From the NCBI GenBank assembly GCA_965247115.1, contig CBDFGR010000002.1:608001-672000 (forward strand): DNA of 64,000 nt, read 5' to 3'. A program made the translations under genes and the position numbers. How positions within the stretch are numbered: position 1 is the stretch's first letter; each line of letters starts with the position of its first letter. Shown one piece after another: positions 57,311-64,000 of this stretch. The DNA comes from Myxococcota bacterium. GTDB taxonomy: Bacteria > Myxococcota_A > UBA9160 > SZUA-336. The notes beneath the pieces are model-generated. The model searched no databases and had not been told where the DNA came from. It saw only the letters and a list, made by a program, of their open reading frames with translations.

Positions 57311-58318
57311 ATGGCAACAAAAGTCGGGATCAATGGCTTCGGCAGGATCGGCCGCTGCGTGCTCCGCAGCGCTCTCGGCAGCGGGTCTTCGCTCGATTTT
57401 GTCGCAGTGAACGACCTCACCGACGCAAAGACCCTGGCTCACCTGCTCAAGTACGACTCGGTCCACGGCGCACTGGGAACGGAGATCGAGGCACTGGACG
57501 GGCGGATCCGGGTGGGAGACCGCGAGCTCCGTGTGCTCGCGGAGCGGGATCCCGGAAGTCTTCCCTGGGGCGAGCTCGGGGTCGAGGTCGTGATCGAGTC
57601 CACCGGCCTGTTCACGGAGCGCAGCGCGGCTGCCAGGCATCTGGAGGCAGGCGCCAAGAAGGTGATCATCAGTGCTCCCGCGAAAGATCCTGACATCACC
57701 ATCGCGCTCGGCGTAAACGACGAGGTGTACGAGCCGGATCAGCATCACGTGCTCTCGAACGCATCGTGCACAACGAACTGTCTCGCCCCGATTGCCAAGG
57801 TGCTGCTCAAGGAGTTCGGGCTCACCCGTGGCTGGATGACGACCACACACGCCTACACGAACGATCAGCGCATCCTCGACCTACCTCACTCCGACCTGCG
57901 ACGTGCGCGAGCGGCGGCGGTTTCGCTGATTCCCACGTCGACTGGCGCCGCCAAGGCCGTGGGGCTCGTGCTCCCGGAGGTGGCAGGAAAGCTAGACGGT
58001 ATCGCCATCCGCGTGCCTACATCCGACGTCTCGGTCGTCGACCTGGTGGCCGAGGTCGAACGAGAGGCGACGGGAGATCAGATCAATGAGGCGTTTCGCA
58101 AGGCTGCCGAGGGACCCATGAACGGCGTGCTCAGCGTCTGCGACGAGCCGCTCGTATCGATCGACTTCCTCGGCAACCCGCACTCCTCGATCGTGGACGC
58201 AGCCAACACCAAGGTGCTCGGCGGCAACCTGGTCAAGGTGCTCGCCTGGTACGACAACGAGTGGGGATACGCGAGTCGCCTGGTCGACGTCGCCGAGTTG
58301 ATCGCCTCCAAGCTGTGA
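57311..58318 (+). CDS. gap: Type I glyceraldehyde-3-phosphate dehydrogenase
   Basis: GINGFGRIGR, SNASCTTNCL, WYDNEWGY. Confidence 0.97.
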   Translation: MATKVGINGFGRIGRCVLRSALGSGSSLDFVAVNDLTDAKTLAHLLKYDSVHGALGTEIEALDGRIRVGDRELRVLAERDPGSLPWGELGVEVVIESTGLFTERSAAARHLEAGAKKVIISAPAKDPDITIALGVNDEVYEPDQHHVLSNASCTTNCLAPIAKVLLKEFGLTRGWMTTTHAYTNDQRILDLPHSDLRRARAAAVSLIPTSTGAAKAVGLVLPEVAGKLDGIAIRVPTSDVSVVDLVAEVEREATGDQINEAFRKAAEGPMNGVLSVCDEPLVSIDFLGNPHSSIVDAANTKVLGGNLVKVLAWYDNEWGYASRLVDVAELIASKL

Positions 58319-59472
58319 CCCTCGGGACTCGGTCCGTCACGGACCTGTCACTCGAGGGACAGCGCGTGTTTCTGCGAGCAGATCTGAACGTTCCGCTGCG
58401 CGACGGCTCCGTCGCCGACCCTACGCGCATCGCCGCCTCTCGAAAGACCCTGGAGTACCTGTGCAAGCATGGCGCTCGCGTGGTGCTCGCCTCTCACCTC
58501 GGACGCCCTCGAGGTCGGCCGGATCCGGCGTTCTCGCTGCGTCCCGTCGCGGAGGCCATGGGGCTCCCGCTCGCTCCAGACTGTGTGGGCAGCGAGGTGC
58601 AGCGTCTGGTGAATTCGCTTGCAAACGGAGAGGCACTGCTGCTCGAGAACCTGCGCTTCCACGCCGGCGAGACCGCCAACGCTCCGGAGTTCGTGACAGC
58701 GCTCGCAGGGCTCACGGACGTTTATGTGAATGACGCCTTCGGGAGTGCACATCGCGCGCACGCGAGCACCGTGGGCCTGCCGCGTGCGATTGCGCGCCGT
58801 GCTGCCGGGTTTCTGCTGGTGCGCGAGATCGAGGCGCTGTCGCGCATGCGCGACGCGCCCGAGCGACCGTACGTCTGCATCCTTGGCGGGGCGAAGGTAT
58901 CCGACAAGCTGGGCGTGCTCGACGCGCTCTGTCGACGCGCGGACATGGTCGTGATCGCCGGCGCCATGGCGTTCACATTCCTACTGGCGCGGGGCGAGCC
59001 CGTGGGCCGTTCGCTCGTCGAGCCCGATCAGCTGGAGACCGCGCAGCGGCTGCTTGACGCCGAGGTGAACATTCTGCTCCCGGTCGATCATGTCGTAGCC
59101 GCGTCACCCGACGCTGCCGACAGCGCGACGACGGTAGCGCGGATCCCGGAGGATCTCGCCGCTTACGACATCGGCCCCGCCAGCACTGAAGCAGTTGGCG
59201 AGCAGCTCCGCGGAGCGCGGACCGTCTTCTGGAACGGCCCCGTCGGGCTGTTTGAAACACCTCCCTTTGACCGCGGGACCCGCGCGGTGGCGGAGCTCGT
59301 CGCGCGGAGCTCGGCGTACACCGTGGTCGGTGGAGGCGACTCGCTTGCGGCCGTAGCGTTGACCGGGCTCGGCGACCGCATCTCCCATCTGTCGACTGGC
59401 GGTGGCGCCTCGCTCGAATATCTCGAGGGTCGCACGCTGCCGGGCATCCAAGCGCTCGAGGCGGACGAATGA
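58315..59472 (+). CDS. pgk: Phosphoglycerate kinase
   Basis: RADLNVPL, SHLGRP, LENLRF, NDAFGSAHRAH, GGAKVSDK, STGGGASLE. Confidence 0.97.
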   Translation: MTLGTRSVTDLSLEGQRVFLRADLNVPLRDGSVADPTRIAASRKTLEYLCKHGARVVLASHLGRPRGRPDPAFSLRPVAEAMGLPLAPDCVGSEVQRLVNSLANGEALLLENLRFHAGETANAPEFVTALAGLTDVYVNDAFGSAHRAHASTVGLPRAIARRAAGFLLVREIEALSRMRDAPERPYVCILGGAKVSDKLGVLDALCRRADMVVIAGAMAFTFLLARGEPVGRSLVEPDQLETAQRLLDAEVNILLPVDHVVAASPDAADSATTVARIPEDLAAYDIGPASTEAVGEQLRGARTVFWNGPVGLFETPPFDRGTRAVAELVARSSAYTVVGGGDSLAAVALTGLGDRISHLSTGGGASLEYLEGRTLPGIQALEADE

Positions 59473-60233
59473 GAACACCGATCATTGCGGCGAACTGGAA
59501 GATGCACAAGACGGCAGCCGAGGCGGCGAGCTTCGCGAAGGAGTTCAGGGATCTGCTCAGGAACCGGGACGGCGTCGAGGTCGTGATCGCGCCTCCCTAC
59601 CCTGCCCTGGCTGAGCTCGGACGCGCACTCGTCGGCAGCGGAGTCTCCCTTGCTGCTCAGAATGTCCACTCCGAGCCGAACGGGGCCTACACGGGAGAGG
59701 TTTCGGTGGGGATGCTCGCCGAGCTGGGTTGCAGCTACGTGATCGTAGGTCACTCCGAGCGGCGAGCTCTCTTCGGCGAGACCGACGCCTTCGTCAGCCA
59801 GAAGCTGCGCGCGACCCAGGATGGGGGGCTGCATCCGATCCTGTGTGTAGGGGAAACCCTAGAGGAACGAGAAGCGGGGCGGACCTTCGACGTGGTGGCC
59901 GAGCAGCTCAAGGGCTCTCTGGGCAACGCGGATCCCGCTCAGGCCGGGACTCTGGTAATCGCGTATGAACCCGTCTGGGCAATCGGTACGGGGCGGACGG
60001 CAACCCCAGAGATCGCGCAAGAGGTCCACGCCTTTGTCCGCGGCCAGCTCGAGCAGAGACTGGGGAAGGTCGCTGGGGAGATCCGCATCCTGTACGGTGG
60101 CTCGGTCAAGCCCGATAACGCCGCCGCGCTCCTCGCACAGCCCGACATCGACGGCGGGCTGGTGGGTGGCGCGAGCCTTGACCCCACGAGCCTGTGCGCG
60201 ATCATCCGCAATGGCGGTTCCGGGCAGGGATAG
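59469..60233 (+). CDS. tpiA: Triosephosphate isomerase
   Basis: ANWKM, GHSERR, AYEPVWAIGTG, YGGSVKP, LVGGASL. Confidence 0.97.
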   Translation: MRTPIIAANWKMHKTAAEAASFAKEFRDLLRNRDGVEVVIAPPYPALAELGRALVGSGVSLAAQNVHSEPNGAYTGEVSVGMLAELGCSYVIVGHSERRALFGETDAFVSQKLRATQDGGLHPILCVGETLEEREAGRTFDVVAEQLKGSLGNADPAQAGTLVIAYEPVWAIGTGRTATPEIAQEVHAFVRGQLEQRLGKVAGEIRILYGGSVKPDNAAALLAQPDIDGGLVGGASLDPTSLCAIIRNGGSGQG

Positions 60234-60250
60234 CCGCTCCGAGAGGATCG

Positions 60251-60682
60251 ATGGAAGTTCTGATCCAATCACTGCACCTGGCGACATGCCTGTGCCTGAT
60301 CGCGATCGTACTGCTCCAACACGGCAAGGGAGCCGACATCGGCGTCTCCTTTGGCGGCGGCGGTAGCAACACCGTCTTCGGAGCTCGGGGAGCCGGGAAC
60401 TTCCTGACCAAGCTCACGACCGGAGCCGCCGTCGTGTTCATGATGACGAGCTTTACCCTGTCGCGCATGGCTGGCGACAGCGGCGTCGCCGACATCCTCC
60501 AGGCTCCCGAGACGCAGGCACCGCTGGTGCCCGAGCCCCCGCCGTTCGAGTCGAGCTTTCCAGAAGCCGAGCCCCTGAGCGAGGGAGCTTCGGGCTTCGA
60601 GGGCTTCGAGGTGATCGACCCTCCGGTCGCGCCTGAGGCGACGGACGAAGGAGACCCCACCGGGGACGAGACTACGCCCTGA
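60251..60682 (+). CDS. secG: Preprotein translocase subunit SecG
   Basis: VLLQHGKGADIGVSFGGGGS.TVFGARGAGNFLTKLT. Canonical position after tpiA. Confidence 0.93.
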   Translation: MEVLIQSLHLATCLCLIAIVLLQHGKGADIGVSFGGGGSNTVFGARGAGNFLTKLTTGAAVVFMMTSFTLSRMAGDSGVADILQAPETQAPLVPEPPPFESSFPEAEPLSEGASGFEGFEVIDPPVAPEATDEGDPTGDETTP

Positions 60683-60707
60683 GAAGGGTTGCGCCCTGAG
60701 AAGGGTG

Positions 60708-60735
60708 TTGAATCAGTCTCTCACCCAGGTAGATT
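60708..60735 (+). promoter_or_regulatory. Possible sigma70 promoter of tRNA-Leu
   Basis: TTGAAT-16 nt-TAGATT followed by a GC-rich stretch just upstream of the tRNA. Confidence 0.45.
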
Positions 60736-60751
60736 CAGTCCCCCGGCCACT

Positions 60752-60840
60752 GCCCAGGTGGTGAAATTGGTAGACACGCCAGGTTGAGGGCCTGGTCCGG
60801 ATTTTTTCGGGTGCTGGTTCGAATCCAGTCCTGGGCACCA
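60752..60840 (+). tRNA. tRNA-Leu (anticodon GAG)
   Basis: Acceptor stem GCCCAGG/CCTGGGC plus ACCA. Anticodon arm CCAGG-TTGAGGG-CCTGG, long variable arm, T loop GGTTCGAATCC. Confidence 0.96.
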
Positions 60841-60890
60841 CGGAAGCTGCATCACTCACGCCCCGTGGGCTCTCGTGAATCGGGCTGCGT

Positions 60891-61682
60891 TCAACCCCGT
60901 CGAGTGAGTGGCTCTACCTCTGGCCAGACGGCCTCCCCGTTGCTGCGGAACATCTCCACCACCGGCGGTGAGAGCCACTTCGAGACGCCACCCTCGTAGG
61001 CTGGGAGCGCCTTAACACGGGCGTACCAGCCAGCGACCTGCGGGCGCGCCTCAATCAGTTGTGTCATGGCCAGGTGATCGAGCCGGAGCACGTACGGGAG
61101 CACTCCGGCATCGGCGAGACCAAAGGCGTCTCCCGAGAGCCAGCCGCCGGGTGAGAGCGATGCGTCCATATCGTCCACGAGCTCGAGCATCTGGCTCAGA
61201 CCACCCGCAAACTCGGGCGCCTCTACTCCATTCTCGATCACGCTGCGACGGGCCGCGCGCCGCCCGGGGTCGGGAATCGCTGCAATGTTCGCCTCGCGCA
61301 CCTCCTCGGGCTGCCGGAGCAGCACGGGTCGCGGCCCGATCGCGAAGGTCACGATGCCGGTCGCCGGATGCACCTTCTCGTCGAGCCGCTTCGTCCACAT
61401 CCGAGCCGCGTGACGGGCGACCGGCTCGGCGGGCCGCATGGGCGGATCCGCGAACGCATCGTCCAGGTACTCGTTGATGAGGGTGGACTCGATCAGCACC
61501 GCCCCGTCATGGACCAGTGTAGGAACCACGTGATTCGGGTTGAGCTTCACGTAGGCGGGATCGTGCTGCTCTCCGGCAAGCAGGTCGAGCTCGTGGGAAT
61601 CGAAGTCGATCCCCTTGTGGGCGAGCACCAGACGGACCTTCTGCGAGCAGGTCGACAGGGCGGCGTGGTAGAGCGCGGGCAT
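60891..61682 (-). CDS. Glutathione S-transferase family protein
   Basis: STCSQKVRLVL, LNPNHVVPTL, ESTLINEYLDD, FGLADA. Confidence 0.92.
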   Translation of the reverse strand: MPALYHAALSTCSQKVRLVLAHKGIDFDSHELDLLAGEQHDPAYVKLNPNHVVPTLVHDGAVLIESTLINEYLDDAFADPPMRPAEPVARHAARMWTKRLDEKVHPATGIVTFAIGPRPVLLRQPEEVREANIAAIPDPGRRAARRSVIENGVEAPEFAGGLSQMLELVDDMDASLSPGGWLSGDAFGLADAGVLPYVLRLDHLAMTQLIEARPQVAGWYARVKALPAYEGGVSKWLSPPVVEMFRSNGEAVWPEVEPLTRRG

Positions 61683-61884
61683 GGATCTGGACCTCCTTCG
61701 GACCGGTGATCACCTTACTGCATCCGCGGTCTCCAGTCCGAGACGGCCACCGACCCAGCTACCCCGTTGAAGAGGATCGGCTTTCTCGGATCTCCGGGCC
61801 AGGTTCGCGGCGGTCCCAAGCGAGCAGGGCCGAGCAGCCGCTAGACGCGCAACGGCACCCTCACCCTCAAGTGCTGACCTGACG

Positions 61885-61906
61885 TCGAGCCCAGTCCTGG
61901 GCACCA
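61885..61906 (+). repeat. Direct repeat of the tRNA-Leu 3' end (attR-like)
   Basis: ccagtcctgggcacca at 61891-61906 is identical to 60825-60840. Extends to 20/22 matches. Confidence 0.85.
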
Positions 61907-62154
61907 GGAGAGGTCCGAGTCTCGCGGACTACGACCTTTCTGCAAGTGAGTTCTTCAAGCTGTTCGAGCAGGCTCCGAACGCGCGGTCCCAGTCTTGGTC
62001 GGAGATGTCGCCCTCGAACGCAGAGTCGAGGAGCCCTGCGCCTTCAGGTCCGCCATCGCCCGCTCGAACGCGAGGGGACGGGGGTTGCAGCACGAAACCG
62101 CCCGCTCCGGCGGCTACAGACATGGTGCTGGCTCCTCGGTTAGCGAACCTGCGC

Positions 62155-62571
62155 TTACGCGTTGGGATCGAACTTCCAGAACGTGTCCTTGATCAGGATC
62201 TTGCCGTCCTCGTCGAGGGTGTAGATGTCGCAACCATTGGCGTTGATCGTCGTGCCATCGGGCCGGGTGCCCTTGACTACCCACTCCGAGACCGCGCGGT
62301 TGCCGACGAAGAACCGGGTCGGCTTCTCCCAGCGCATGTCGCTGATCGTCTCGAAGCGGTCCTTGAGGAAAGAGCCGATCGCCGCCTTGCCTTTGAGGAT
62401 CGTGCCCTCCGGGTCCTTGCCGTGAGCAAGCCGGAACTCGCCGTCCTCGGCGAAGAACTCGACAATGGCCTCGACATCCTGCCGGTTGAAGGCCTCGGCA
62501 AACGAATCGAGATACTCGTTCGACAACGCGGGGACTCTCTGTTCTGCAGGTACGTCCATATCAAACTCCAT
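62155..62571 (-). CDS. NTF2/SnoaL-like domain protein
   Basis: FAEAFNRQDVEAI..FFAEDG, AVSEW, GCDIYTL, KILIKDTFWK. Confidence 0.85.
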   Translation of the reverse strand: MEFDMDVPAEQRVPALSNEYLDSFAEAFNRQDVEAIVEFFAEDGEFRLAHGKDPEGTILKGKAAIGSFLKDRFETISDMRWEKPTRFFVGNRAVSEWVVKGTRPDGTTINANGCDIYTLDEDGKILIKDTFWKFDPNA

Positions 62572-62598
62572 TCATCGGTTGGATTTCGTGTGATCGAA

Positions 62599-63414
62599 CT
62601 AGGCCCGGCCTGCATGCTTCAGCAGGAAGCCCAAAGTGGTAGTGACGAACTCCTTGGGATGGGAATAAGGCGTGAAGTGGCCACCCTCCTCGATGAAATG
62701 CAACTCCGAGCCCTCGATGTGCTCGTGTAGATAGCGCGATTGGGACGGCAGCGTCGAACGATCGAGGCTGCCGCAGGTGATCAACGTCGGTATGCCCTTG
62801 ATCAGGCGGAGCCGATCGCGTGTGTCGTGGGACTTGACCGCCTGTCCATGTCCTAGGATGGCTTTTTCGCCCATGGGATAAGGGTTGCTATTGGCCCGCT
62901 CGATGAACTGCGCCACACGATCCTCGTTCGTGTTGCACCATTCGGGGCTGAAGAAGCTCACGATTCGGGTGCCCACGTTCACCACTGGATCGTTCTGGGC
63001 GATGAGTATGCTGCGGATGTTCACCCAGCGGTCCATATGAGGGCAGGGCCCACCTTCCCAGGTCGAGTTGAGGGAGAGCGTGAGCAGCTTTTCCGGATAG
63101 TGGATCGCCATCTCCTGGCCGATCGCACCACCCATCGAGAAGCCGCTGAAGTGGATCTTGTCGAGCTTGAGGTGATCCATCAGCGCGGTAACGTCGTGCA
63201 CCATGTCGAGAATCTTGTAGCCCGGCGGCGGCACGTCGCTCTGACCGCCGCCGCGGGCGTCGATGATGATCGTGCGGAAGTAGCGCGCGTAATCGTCCAA
63301 GGGGTCGAGCCAAGCCGTGTGATCCTGACCGTAGCCGTGCACGAGCACGAGTGGCTCGCCTTGGCCGTGCTCCTCGTAGTAGAGCTTCAGCCCATCGTTC
63401 TCGTAAAATGGCAA
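62599..63414 (-). CDS. Alpha/beta hydrolase
   Basis: LYYEEHGQGEPLVLVHG, DARGGGQS, GFSMGG, GGH. TTG start after GGGAGG. Confidence 0.88.
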   Translation of the reverse strand: MPFYENDGLKLYYEEHGQGEPLVLVHGYGQDHTAWLDPLDDYARYFRTIIIDARGGGQSDVPPPGYKILDMVHDVTALMDHLKLDKIHFSGFSMGGAIGQEMAIHYPEKLLTLSLNSTWEGGPCPHMDRWVNIRSILIAQNDPVVNVGTRIVSFFSPEWCNTNEDRVAQFIERANSNPYPMGEKAILGHGQAVKSHDTRDRLRLIKGIPTLITCGSLDRSTLPSQSRYLHEHIEGSELHFIEEGGHFTPYSHPKEFVTTTLGFLLKHAGRA

Positions 63415-63535
63415 TGTTCCCCTCCCGTGATCGCGATTCGACCGTGCCGACTCCTCCGGTCGACCCCATGTCATCTCGCCGCACGTACTCTTGATCGCCG
63501 GCCATAGTACCCTAGGGGGCAGCGAAGCGAGCTCA

Positions 63536-63730
63536 ATGTTTCAATGCGTAAGAGCCTGGGTCGTGCGCGGTGCCGTTTTTCAGTCGGTGATCGTGGGTGG
63601 CGGTTACGGCACGGGGCGCGAGGTTGTAGAGTTCATCAGCGGGAATGGTCCTCAGGGCGGTCTCGTCGCAACCGCATTGATTGGCGTCCTGTTCAGCCGA
63701 TCCTCGTGTGCTGTGTGTTCTGCTACGAGG
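63536..63730 (+). pseudogene. N-terminal fragment of a YkvI-like membrane protein
   Basis: FQSVIVGGGYGTGREVVEF is the YkvI-type N-terminal motif. Similarity breaks after about 55 codons. Confidence 0.6.
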
Positions 63731-63834
63731 ACCCGGATGAGGCCGCAAGCTGGCGGTGCACTACATCACCGAGTACCCACCCGGGTCGAACTCTGCCACT
63801 CTGTTCCCGGAAACTATCGTGAGAGGAAGTGAAC

Positions 63835-64000
63835 ATGGCGAGTGGCTCGACTCCCGAGGGCGTTATCGAGCTGGATGAGCTCGAGATCCTGGTCGTCGTC
63901 GACAACGAGACGGATACACTCTCGAGCGTCGACAAGGACGTCCCGCAGATCCCCGAGATAGCGAATCTGGCTGCGCGGACGCCTCCCACGCGCCACTACG
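63835..64000 (+). CDS. Probable MBL-fold metallohydrolase, 3' part outside window
   Basis: GAGGA RBS, then ATG 63835 MASGSTPEGVIELDELEILVVVDNETDTLSS. The VVVDN start is typical of this family. Confidence 0.55.
   Translation, partial: MASGSTPEGVIELDELEILVVVDNETDTLSSVDKDVPQIPEIANLAARTPPTRHY

Noticed and set aside
61929..62123. 64-aa minus-strand ORF downstream of the NTF2-like gene
   Set aside because: No recognisable motif and a low-complexity N-terminal half. It could be a remnant but cannot be supported.
1..64000. CRISPR array, cas genes, anti-phage defence systems, prophage
   Set aside because: No regularly spaced repeats and no Cas, nuclease, reverse transcriptase, integrase or phage structural motifs were recognised.

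Overview
GC-rich bacterial DNA; the TonB-dependent receptor indicates a diderm, and a Myxococcota/Binatia-like origin is only an impression. About 1-53.9 kb is a dense accessory catabolic region with no recognisable transcription-factor gene. It holds a thiolase-like/DUF35/CoA-transferase operon, a PrpF/PrpB-like/TcuA cassette, a RAYT-type HUH transposase, a CYP124-like P450 and a tungsten aldehyde oxidoreductase (aorABC plus moaD-like) operon divergent from a Zn-ADH. Its centre is a roughly 25 kb internally duplicated oxygenase island: 3 Rieske alpha subunits, 2 two-domain VOC/extradiol-type dioxygenases, 3 alpha/beta hydrolases, 2 FAH proteins, 2 MFS, 3 RidA proteins, a TonB receptor, E1a/E1b/E2 without E3, and two paralogous ~110-aa proteins I cannot assign to any family. 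An IS5-family element at 53.9-55.2 kb joins this region to core genes (truncated penicillin-acylase gene, acpS, gap-pgk-tpiA-secG, tRNA-Leu(GAG)). A ~1 kb integrase-less GST islet sits at the tRNA 3' end. Scars include a 31-bp perfect inverted repeat (REPIN-like), a duplicated acyl-CoA dehydrogenase 3' end, a frameshifted amidohydrolase, a membrane ORF with an in-frame TGA and several gene remnants. The best candidate for an undescribed system is the duplicated Rieske/VOC/RidA island with its unassigned small-protein pair. All family calls come from motif recognition by eye; no searches were run.
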